Made by a program: the position numbers and the translations under genes. A stretch of DNA of 64,000 nucleotides, from positions 142,396 through 206,395 of the forward strand of contig DF237048.1 of NCBI GenBank assembly GCA_000708835.1, read 5' to 3'. This DNA is from Klebsormidium nitens. Its lineage: Eukaryota > Plantae > Klebsormidiophyceae. Shown here piece by piece: positions 26,085-37,167 of this stretch. The number at the start of each line of letters is the position of its first letter. The first letter of the stretch is position 1. The notes under the pieces were generated by a model. That model saw nothing but the letters and a program-made list of their open reading frames with translations, was not told where the DNA came from and searched no databases.

Positions 26085-26580
26085 TGCGGCCAGCGGGACC
26101 GCCAATCCAGATGCTCGTGTGACGTGATGGAACACCCGGGGATGTTGAAATGGTTGTCAGCACATTTGCGAAAGGTTTTGCCCTGAAGAATTTGTAAGGT
26201 ACAACTTACAGGCGATACAAGCGACCAAGAAAGCTCCAGATAGTCACCAAGGATGAATGTGAATTTGCACGAGGCAGAATCCCTTGTGCATTGCAAGCCA
26301 GCTCACCCATCCAGGTCGATTTAGGGGCGCGTTTTGGCGCGAGGCGAGGGACGAAATAAGGTACAACAGTGCCAGATTAGACGGTCGCGATATTGTTTAA
26401 CGAAACTGAACGGCCGATACGTAAACCGATCGGTCCTCAATCCATGTTTCTATTCTGAAGCTCATATGGAAGGTGCCAATTTCAGCCAGCCTCAGCCAGC
26501 TGCGCAGCGAGCTAGATATTCTGCTGGTAGGACGGTAATTCAGGTTGGATTGACCCTGGTTTACGTTCTGGTTCACAGAA

Positions 26581-27211
26581 TGTTCAAAACTAAACCAAAT
26601 CAGGTTTCGTCTTCTGCAATGGCTTCGAGACACCCTCGGGGTCCTCTCGAAGCTCCTCTAACCACCTCGAAGTAGTTTGGGTCAGTCTGAGAAACCCTGC
26701 CAACTCCAAACAACCTGGTTCAAAGGGGTATTTCCATTGGATTTTCTGCCTGTCAACTGCCACGATAAATTTCCTTCGAACAAGAGGAAATCACCTTCGG
26801 GGCAAGCTGGGATGTCAAAAACATTTTTCCAAAAATAATCTGACGTTAATGTGCACCGCCAGGAGAACATACCTGGTCAACAACCTGAGAAAAAACCATT
26901 TTGAGCATATAAGCTGGGAGTTTCGACCATTAACGGTGCACATTTTCGTCAAAATTGTGATTTAACCGTTCGATAGACATCCCAGCTTGGCCCGATTAAG
27001 TTTTAGGGGGGTCAATGAGAATTCTATCATTTCGTTTTTCTGACGGCCAAGGGTTCATGTAGGGGGGTAAATGTTCAAACTTCCTCAACTTCAGACTTTC
27101 CTCGACAAGTCGTCAGTGAGTTCGAGGTGGTCCCAGAGTGCTCGAGGGGGCCTCCTTGGTCCCCCCCGAAAGATGCAAAAGACGGGACTCGATTTGACCA
27201 CGTTATGACCA
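26581..27211. repeat. Long degenerate palindrome (foldback/MITE-like), centre 26896
   Basis: Co-centred inverted pairs, each with outer coordinates summing to 53792: 26848-58/26934-44 (11/11), 26803-16/26976-89 (14/14), 26661-71/27121-31 (11/11), 26608-18/27174-84 (10/11), 26596-601/27191-96 (6/6). Confidence 0.85.
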
Positions 27212-27796
27212 AGTTACGCCCCTTCAAACCCTAGAAACCCTCTTTTCTGGCTGAATTACCGTCCTACCACCTTAAGCTGGGTCATGCTGTTCAGCAGGGC
27301 GGTCCAGTAGGGCGCTCCTCCCGTCTTTCTTGCATGACGGTGTGAGTGTTCTGACGCAATTTGGATTGGTTGTTCGGCCACCTCATCCGCAACCAGTGAT
27401 TATTCTGGCGCCTGGTCCATGTATTTGGATCTGCCTTCCGCCCGGGGGTAAGCTGGCGATAGTGGGGGCCAATTGCTTCTTTTTGGCATGAGAAAGGAAG
27501 GTTTAAGTTGAAGGGTTTGTGCATCTCTCGACCAGCGGTCTGCCTCACGTAAGCAGCAGAAAAGGCACCAGTCAAATGGGTTGCAGCTGTAGCTTCGAGG
27601 TAGTGCCTCATCTGTCGGGGTAGACAGGAGCAGCTGGAAGTCGTGAGATCGCCAAATCAGGCCATTGGGTCGATTTTGATGTTTGTGGGGTCCTAAGTCA
27701 GGAACCAAGTAGCTCAAGATCAGCTTCTTATATAGCTAGCAGAATTTGATCATACCTACATCAATAGTCCTGAAGCAATATACAATTGCCGAAACG

Positions 27797-30709
27797 ATGC
27801 CGTCCCCGTCAGTTGCCTCCCAGGCCTCCTCCCAGCAGGCCGCCACGCAGTTCCTAAACTCTGTCCTGTCACAGCGCGGGCCGAACGCGCTCCCGTATGC
27901 AGAGGATGTCAAGTGGTCGATCCGGCAGCACCTGTTGGCAGTGGTGCAGGTGCGCTGCCCTTTTTTTTTGTTCCTAGGTCTGTTTTGCACGTACTGCGGG
28001 TGATGCATGCACGTGTGATTTTTGTGTCCTGGAAGTGCCGTCTTTCTAAAGATGACAGTCGAGTCTGGAGCTTGCACAATCTTAGCGGTGAAGATAAACG
28101 GCAACAAAGCTTTTCATTAAAAAAGGCTTGCTGTTGATGGCATTAGGGTTTCAAGAATTGTCATGGCAGGCTTGAAAACAAAGCTGCATACTGGCCAGAC
28201 CTCCGGTCATAGGTTGATGCCGCTGCCATTTGCTGGGTAATTTGTACAATTACCCCAAGTCTCATGCATTTGGCAATCAATTTGCCTGATGGAGAGATAT
28301 TCCCCTGCTGACATTATGGTCAGAGTGCATTGACTGCTTGCCAACAAAGCCGCACAATGCCACCGTAGACTGCCCTCACTATGTCAAGGAAGCAGTCTCA
28401 GCAGAGAGATCGTCACTATAAGAATAATTTCATAGCGCCATGTTCCTGACAAGGTAGCAGATTGGATCCTAACGTACCACAGTAGCTTTCGCCTGACCAC
28501 CTGGGCATCAGAACGTTCTGATCCCCTCAAAGGCCACTTAAGCGAAGGCCCTGTACTCTTTGACGAGGGTCAAGTACGATCAGCCAAACACAGGGCTTCT
28601 TATTAGGCGGCAGGCCATGGCAGTTTAGCCAGTCCAAGTCTTCGTACTCCTCCTTCATTGGGTTATCAAGAGTGCCTCGGCCAGAATTCAGGAGTAGCAA
28701 CTCCAGTACCACTCCTTGCTCAGCCCTTCTTTTGGCATCCAATCCCTGCCCAATCCTGTTCCCTGGCTTTCCTGCCTGCCTCCTTTACTTTCTGGTACAG
28801 GGTTACGTGGGGCTGACCGTCAAGACTGGCAGCTTCAAGGTTGACACTTCTTGAGGCCATTGTCAAGCTATCGGAGTCCTCCCCAATCCTGTCGCTTGAC
28901 TTTCGTTTCTGACCTATGCAGGACTATCCGGGCTGGCCGTCAAGACTGGCAACCCTTCCAATTGACCCTTCTTCACGCCTTGTCTGGTTATCGACTTCTT
29001 TCCCATCCCAGTTCCTTGACTTTCCTTTTCTGACCGCTGCAGGACTACCCGGGGCTGACCGCCAAGACTGGCACCTTCACCCACAACGACGGCCGTGCCT
29101 CGCACCTGCTCAAGCTCGAGGGCACCGTCCCCATGTTCTACCAAAACGTCAAGTACAACATCCCCATCACTGCCTGGCTTCTCGAAGGCTACCCCCGCCA
29201 ATGCCCCCTCGTTTACGTAACCCCCACCCGCGACATGATCATCAAACCGCGGCACCAATTCGTCGACGCTTCCGGGATGGTCGCCGCCCCCTATCTCCGA
29301 GAATGGGTGTTCCCCCGCTCAAACCTAGTCGATCTCTGCGGCACGTTGTCGGTTCTCTTTGGTTCGGACCCCCCCTTGTACACACGACCGAGCCACGTTC
29401 CCGCACGCCCCCCCCCTCCGCAACAAGGGTTCGTCGGCGTCAACCCCATTCTCTCAGGCAACTCCTCCCCCGTGATCGACACCCGCCCCCCTCCTTCGGG
29501 CCTCGTCACACGGCCACCATACTCCCCTCCTTCGGGGGGTAGGTCGGGCTACGCCAGCCCACCCCCCCAGGCCACGCCGATGAGCGGAACGGCTCGTCCC
29601 CCCACGCAAGGGGGGGGGCAGTGGACGGATAACCCCGAGGAGGTGTTCAAGAGGAATGCGGTGAAGAGCCTGACGGAGCGCCTGCAAAAGGACTTGGCGA
29701 GCCATAATAGGGAGGTCACGGGCGAGATCGAGGGGCTGTTCTCGACGCAGGCGCTGCTGGAGCAGCGGGGGGCGACGATCGAGGGGGGGGTGCGGGAGCT
29801 GGGGGAGGAGAAGGAGGCGCTGGAACAGGCGCTGCAGGTGAGAGCGTCTGGAGGGGCGTGGTTCTGGTTGTTAGGGACATCATTTGGTGGTGTTCTTGCT
29901 TAGACTTGGCGAGACCTTCATTGAGCTTGCGAAGATTGCGCGGAGCACCGTGTGCAGGGGTCTGCGCAAGTGTGAGTACTTTGCTCGTTGCAGTGGCGAG
30001 TTGGCGACTCTTGTTTGCGTAAAGCAACGCGGTCAGCACATGATGTACTTATACGTCTATGGACCACGATGGAGAACGTGGAAAAGTTGCATGATCCGCT
30101 TCTTCAGATGCGGAAGACTGGGGTGACGGAGTGCTTCTGTAAGCAGCGGAACCGTTAGAAGATCTTGATGGAATTCGCTTGCGACTGATTTTATTACCTT
30201 GCGAGGAGTTTATTGACGACCGGCCTCCTCAAATTGGAAACGTCTTTTCGCTTCAACTTGTATACTATCCGGTAAAGCAGTGCAGTTCTTTGTCCACTTG
30301 TCAAGCGTCCACCTCATCCCAAAAGCAGGGTCTCTAATTTGATGCTTTGTTTGATCTGCAGGTCATTTTGACCAACAGCGACGTCATCGAGACGTGGCTC
30401 AAGGTCAACGATCGAGGTGCGGGCGAGGAGCCGGCGGATGACATCGACGCCGCTTTCGAGCCGGTGGACCGCTTCTCGCGGCAGCTGCTAGAGTCCTCTG
30501 CGGAGGACCTCGCGATCGAGGACCTTATGTATGCGCTCGACAAGGCCGCGCAAGACGGGTCACTCGGGGCTGAGGTTTATCTGAAGACGACACGGAATCT
30601 GTCACGCGAGCAGTTCTTCCACCGGGCCACGTGCATCAAAGTGCGCGCCATGCAGCAGCAGGCGCAAGCGCAGGCGGCCGCGCCGTATGCGAGGGGGGGT
30701 TACCGGTAG
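27797..30709 (+). CDS. VPS23: ESCRT-I subunit VPS23/ELC (TSG101 homologue): UEV domain, Pro-rich linker, coiled coil, steadiness box (~431 aa)
   Basis: Exons 27797-27949, 29043-29837, 30362-30709 (1296 nt, in frame). Peptides: [57 protein letters not shown]...[17 protein letters not shown]. Confidence 0.96.
28780..29075 (+). repeat. Three tandem ~121-bp copies of the 3' splice site plus start of VPS23 exon 2
   Basis: CAG|GGTTACGTGGGGCTGACCGTCAAGACTGGC (28801), CAG|GACTATCCGGGCTGGCCGTCAAGACTGGC (28922), CAG|GACTACCCGGGGCTGACCGCCAAGACTGGC (29043, the functional copy). Confidence 0.93.
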
Positions 30710-31734
30710 CATGCAGGTTGGGGAGCAAGGGCCGGATAAGCGGTTGCGTTGTACAGGATCTGCAACAATGCGAGTCAAAACGCGCTATTAGTGTAGGCTA
30801 CAAACCGCGCAGCATCTTTGCTTCTATGTCATTGTCTACTAAATACAGGTTCAGGCCGGAAGTTTCGCAGAACTGGCGTTCTTGCATTGACGAACGCGCA
30901 CATACGTGAGTCTGCTCATGGAGTCAATCTCACGTACTGCCGCGTCGGCCCACTGCAATATTGGCTTGGGCTCAAGACATGAGCCGGTTTTCTGTGGACA
31001 TCCGTCTCTAGGTGGCCCGGCAGTGTCTCAGAACATTACATCGACAGTCTAATGATAGCCGCCCTAGAAGGTGTCGATCGTGACCGGGTAAATCAATTAC
31101 CTATATAGCATGCCGCCTATCATTACCCGGCCTGCATGGTTCTTGGAACAGTGGTGGCCCTTGGCCGCACTGATCGACCCGCGGCTGATCACTACCGACG
31201 TCCTTGGGAACCGCTGCAATTAGCCGAGGGGAAAAAAGGATGCCATACTAAGTGTTACCTCTTTGGGACGCCAACGCATGCGGCACGGGCTGTACTTGGA
31301 GACCAAAGAATCGAACAGAACTTTAACATGTACTCGCCCCGGCCCGTGCAATCCGGCCATGATCAGGGCCGACTTTCATGCATGTGCCGCTCATGGCGGT
31401 ATACGTACATACTGACTGAGCCTGCGAAGAGGCTCCAATTATTACTCCGACAAGTTGCATACCTTGACTATACCAGTTACTGCCACAGTATTGGTCTTCT
31501 GCATGCATGTAGAACTGTACAGTTAGGCCAATTCTCGACCGGCTATTGTGATGGAGTTCTGTATATTTGCTGACAAGCGCCATATAAATGTATTTGATCA
31601 GTATCATTCTTTCGTGCCACCTTTAAGAGGGCATCTACACTACATTTAGAGCTCTCCTTACAAGCGATTCTTTTTGCAAATGGCCCCCGTGGGGAGTCGC
31701 TTGTAAACGGATCAATTTGTTTCATACCACCGTG

Positions 31735-34700
31735 TCAGCATACTCTGCAGCTCTTTCTGCAGTGGCCGGTGCTTCCCACCATGTACCCTGGGTTCTTCGT
31801 GCACTCGCCTGTCGCAGCCCAGCCGGGGCAACGACCGTCTAGGTCCGCACACTGACCCGGAACCACCTGTCGCACAGAATGGAAGAAAATCCCAGTAAAG
31901 CCCAGAGGTTCCCTTCTATGTACAAGATTCATGTCTAACCAAGACTGCAGGTCCAAGACGGTGATCAGGTCCAAGAGTATCCGCACCTTACAAGCATGCG
32001 TACATTGTGATCCAGTAAAAGACGCTGACGAGAACCAAGGGTAGTCGCACCATACTTGCATGCTGACACTGCGAATCCACTCAACCGGGAACTCTGATCT
32101 ATTTCAGTGCGACACAGGGGTCGCGGCTGCAGAAACTATCACACAAGGGCCGGCTTGAAACTTTGGTTGAATCCGCGTGTCTAGCCCCACAGTAAGTGGG
32201 CACGAGAAGAAGCTCAGTAAGTGGGCACGAGAAGAAGCTCAAGGAGATGGCGCGAGAGTCGGAACAGAAGCTCCCCGCTCACCTTTGGTCCGTCAAAATC
32301 TGCCACGTGTATCCACTTGGGCGCAGACCACTTCTCGCCCTTCTCGACGGGGCACGCCCCGTGCAGGCTGCTCGGGTCGGTAGACGCATCCGGGTGGAGA
32401 CTGAAGAAAAGGAGCGCGTCTCCTTTCCTTGGTTTCACTACAAGAAGGAATTTGCCTTGAGAAGGAGGCACAGATGAACGAGGTTATCGCGGTCGTGAGA
32501 GGCACTGAGACTTCTTACGTATGCTTTTAATTTAAGGCTCTTACGAAGTGAACTTGGAACGGCACAATGCACCAAAAGCCGTTTGAATCCGGCAACGTCA
32601 TACGGCCGAGTCAGATGATGCTGTCTCATGAAAGACAGCTTCAGGTGCCGCAAGCACAGGCTTTAAGGCCTTCTGGACACCAATCGATTCCAAGCCTGAT
32701 CAAAGCGAGTCCACATGCCACAAAGCTACGTTACATGACAAGAACAGGTTGAGAAACCGCGAGCTGCGTCAATCAGGCTCATGTTTGATGGTAAAACGCG
32801 CTCGATCTCGTTCGTAACGGCCAATCAAACCCGCCTTCTTCGTCCCACTGGCATTTCTCGGATATACAAAGATCTCAATGCAAGTCCTCTTGTGCTATTC
32901 CGGAGAGCCTACAGAGCCATTTATGCCAGTGTGACTCACTCACAGTCAAGGTACAACGATGCAGACTCCAGACTGTTGCCCTCTTAGACCAACCTGCTTC
33001 GTCCATTCCTTGCAGAACAAGGCCCCAAGAGGCAGGATTTTCAGTCCCAAAAGTCCGCTACATTCAGTCGACTCACCCGCGAGCCCCTTCTGTGCGCACT
33101 CTGACCACGTGCCGTCCTTTTGCCGCGGGTGTGGGGTTGCCGTTGGGAACACCGTCTCCCCCCCCTTTCCGACCGTGTTCAGATACATGAGCACCGTAGC
33201 AATGCGATGCCCCCCCCGCTGGATGTTGACTTTGTCGCTGAAAAAGTCGTGGTGTGGATCGTACTTCTGACCATGTTGATAGCGTAGAATCTGGAGCGCC
33301 TCCCCATTCTCTGCAAACAGCATGGGGTTGGTTAGGATTGGGTTTGGAATTGGGGTTAAAATGGTTTATAATTGGAGTTGGAATGGGGGCTGGGGTTGGG
33401 GTTAATATTGGGGTTGAAATTGGGGTTAGCGTCGCGGTTGGGCAGGGGCTAAATTTGGTCAGAGTGGGTCAAATTGGTCAGAACGGGAGTGGGTTAGAAA
33501 CAATTTCAAAGTGCAAAACTCAAGAGGATACGAGAAACATTATGGCAACAGAAGTTACGGAAGTTTGTCGGACATCTCCCTTCGTGGACTTTCGACCATG
33601 CTGGTGGGGTAAAACATGTTACCCCTGTCACTAAGTTTCGCAACACTTGAGGGGTCAGTTGATTCTTTACAAAGGAAGCACTCAGTGTCAAAGTGACCCT
33701 GCAATCTGTGTGGACAATCAAGTCGGCTACAGCAAAGAGTCAACCGTGAAAGACTGATGTGGGGCGGAGACTACACGCTCCAACATCTTAGCGCTGGGTG
33801 GCACAGCTCTTGGGACAAACCTATCAAGTCAGAACCGTGGGAACATCATTGCAGGCCCCACTATGTGATGCTGGGCCGCTTTGAGACTCTAGCACGGAGC
33901 GTGCATGCTACAGTAAGGAAGGCGTTACCGGACCGCTCCAAGTGGCACTCGTTCCAATGCGTCTCCTGAATTGTAGAGAAGGTCTGTGCTGTCTCAAAAG
34001 GTTTCTATTTCACCCTGGTTGCAAATGTCGATCCCCCCAAACCAGAGGCTTACCTACTGGCAGGAATGTCCAGGCCGCGATTTTGTCTTCAATACCCGCA
34101 ACCACCGCATCCTGAAACAGGAAGGATGCATTTGCCTTAATCTGCTGGTCTGCTTATGGTCCCTTCTATATTCACTTGTGCTGGTGGTACTGTTTATCAT
34201 GGTCAACATTCTCGATGTCTCTATTCTTGACTTCTGAAGCATGTGAGAGTTGGCCTTTCGACGATCGAGTGACTTGTATAAAATCGTTCCAAGAGCAGGG
34301 TGTGAACATAACTCCAAGAAGGAAGGAGCCGTTCGAAAATTGGGAGTGAAAGTCCAAAAGCTCGAAAGTGAGCTAAGTGAAGCGACCCAAGCCCTTTTTG
34401 GAATAAAAGGGGGCTCTTGCCAAAGGGCAGCGGCGCTTGTGGCTTCGCAGGCTGTTGAACTCACCTGCGCCCTCAGCACAAACATTCCGGAGCTTGTGCG
34501 GACTTCGCTCGAGACGCCCTGCCCCGAGTCGTTGTCCACCACCGTTGAGTGCTCCAGCTTGTCGCGCGCCTGGAACATCAGGGAAGAACAGGAGACTTCA
34601 GGAGCTTTTCTTTGTCAACAAAATCTGGTACCTGACAATCCATATGCACTGCAGCTTTGGATCCTTGGGATCGGAAGGGCGTCAGGCTAACTGGTATTAG

Positions 34701-35912
34701 TAGAGTACTGAAGTAGAGTATTGAGGGCAAAAGAACAAGAGTCCTGAAGTGGCACTCACTTTGTCAAGGATTCGTCACTCTGCAATGTAAGGGGTCCATA
34801 TACACCGGAGCAATTGCTGCAGGAGCGAGGAAGGGTGTATATTTACCATGGCAACCAGGTGGTCGCACTCTTCATCCGTGAGGAAGTTGTGGTAGAGCCA
34901 TGCTCTGTAGGAGAAAGAAAGAAGAGTCAGACTACGATGATGAAGACCCTGATGCTCATCAACAAATGCTTCAGCACAATAAGGGAATCGCTTGATCCTA
35001 TACAGATTGGCCGGAGCGCAAATCAAATGTCAGGCAGGGACAGACTGTGCATCAGGCTCTTGGAACTATGGCAGCGGATAGCCGCAGCTTGAGAGCTGAC
35101 GGCAATCGTAAACCAGGAGGGCCCAATCCTCCATCTCTCCTGCCCTGTTTCAAGAACAGGTTTATGCTCACAAAATACATGGGCTTACAGGACTCCTTTT
35201 CACCGAAGACAGTTATTTTTGCAGAAAGTCCCGTCTGGTAAATGAGCCATGATCTATGCACAGGAGTCAAAACGCAGCTTGAGGATGAAAAGCGAACCTG
35301 GGATTCCAGGACAGGTGCTCTATCTGCGAAGGATTGACGCTCCAGCCTGGTTTAGGGACCACCTGCTGAATCACTTCTCCCCGCAACTGCTTTGCCGTTT
35401 GGGTACTGCAACAGAATGTTGCAACCTGGTTTGCAAACCGTAGCAGTGGGACAATTTGTTTTGGCAAGCAGGGGAGCTCTCCTTCACCAAGCTTTCAATC
35501 TAGTGCGTTTGTTCTTTCTTTGGGACTCAGGCATACTCTTCCCACAGAGGGCAATCCTGAATCACCAGTACAATAGAGGACCCTTCAAGGGGCACCCATT
35601 GGGGTCACAATCCCTCGAATGGGTATAAGGTTGGTGCTGTTCATGATACAAGGAGGAAATGGCATCTCTGTACTACAATATGAATGCCCAAGCCAAGATG
35701 CCTTTCCAGAGGTTTCAGAACCTGATCAGGTGGCTTGATGAATCTCGCTGTTCAGTCCCCCTCAAACCTTGTGGCTGTTTATCAATCAAAGCAGTGGCTA
35801 TGAATGAATCAGCTTCCTCACCTGACTTCGCCCAACCAGCCAGGCAAATCATCCGGCTGCCCAATCCACATGCGACCCTCGACGGCTACGCCAAAAAAGG
35901 TGAGAACCAGTG
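31735..35912 (-). CDS. P4H: Prolyl 4-hydroxylase (2OG-Fe(II) oxygenase) with C-terminal ShKT domain; first exon unresolved (possible ATG at 36190)
   Basis: Exons 35827-35912, 35298-35362, 34847-34904, 34465-34569, 34054-34111, 33077-33310, 32283-32437, 31735-31866. Motifs: LSWNPRAWLYHNFLTDEECDHL, RTSSGMF, QILRYQHGQKYDPHHDFF, RIATVLMYL, SLHGACPVEKGEKWSAPKWIHV, and ShKT CADLDGRCPGWAATGECTKNPGYM...CRKSCRVC. Confidence 0.95.
32190..32239. repeat. Perfect 25-bp tandem duplication in a P4H intron
   Basis: CAGTAAGTGGGCACGAGAAGAAGCT x2. Confidence 0.9.
33323..33500. repeat. Degenerate (GGGGTT)-like G-rich repeat in the 3' part of a P4H intron
   Basis: Multiple GGGGTT/GGGTT units, e.g. GGGGGCTGGGGTTGGGGTTAATATTGGGGTTGAAATTGGGGTTAG. 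Confidence 0.8.
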
Positions 35913-37167
35913 CTAAAAGCGGGACCACATTCTTCATCATGCAAGCATTGCATACAGTGACCCCCTTCTCTTAGATAGTGCATCCAGAGTCCTGATATCA
36001 ATGCTAGACTGGTGGACGGACCAGGCAATGCACATTCGTCGAGCCCCTTCAATACAGGCGTTGCTGGAAAAGTAGACAATCTGGCGCCCGAAAGCACTTC
36101 AGGAAAGCAGAGCAGTCGGACGTCCTGTACACTTTTTCTCGACAACCGCAGCAGGAGCCCTGCTGCCGGCAACAGCTCCGGGCGCGCCATCTTGTTTTTG
36201 TCTTCAGTGCTGGTTTGGCAGATGTTTGCTGGTTTCCTTTGCTCAGAGAAACCCTAAGAGCCAAGGGATCACCCAGTGCTTCAAAGTGAATCGGGCTCAT
36301 GATTGACAGCGGCGGTGTGGTTCCTGAGGTTGGTTCTTGATAAATGGACATTTCTACGGAAACCCTAAAAAACACCCAGACGAGAGGACCATCTTCCTCG
36401 GACTCAGAGTTCGGAGTCGAGACGGTATGCAGCTTCATACAGTAATTATGCTTGCAAGGTCTCGATCGTTTCAGTGTCTCTTCAAAGACTGCGAGGATGC
36501 GCGTTGGTCGTGCAGTTGCTCGGTTTTTAACAGGCGTTCTTCTGCAGGAAGATTGCAGGGTTGTCCTGAGGACTTGACTGGAAAGTGGTTTCATAGAGCA
36601 GCCATCTGTCCATCTTTCACTTCAATTGAGCTCATTTTGAGCTCGTTTGCACTGCTTATATTGAGTCTCTTTACAAAGCCCTTTAGAGTAAGAATGGCAG
36701 GAGCTGAACATCCTTAAGGTGTGCGGCCTTTGAGGCGCTTTTTGACCCCTTGCAATCCTGCCTTGATCATCATTGCTTACAATGAGTCGAAAGGTGAACC
36801 CTCATAAGGCTCAGCATGGCAATAACAAAGGAGGACCAGCACCGCTTGGGGACGGACAAAGCATTTTGCAAATGGTGAGGATGGCTCTTGTCTCTTGGGG
36901 GTGTGCATGTCTCTCGATACTGTACATTCAGCAGAGCTAGTCTCTCAGTCCAATCCTCAATGCAGATATAACAGCCAGCTCTAATGCAAATAACCAGTCC
37001 GCCATTCACTAGCCAGCTTGGGAACCCTGGAATGCGATTTCATGCTGGTTGGCCCTCCAAATGCAACTACAGAGCACACTCGTAGATGGACTCGTGATCA
37101 GACAGCATTTGTAGACAGGTTAGTAGTTCAGTGTCCTGAGATTGAAAACCCCAAACCATGTTTGCAG

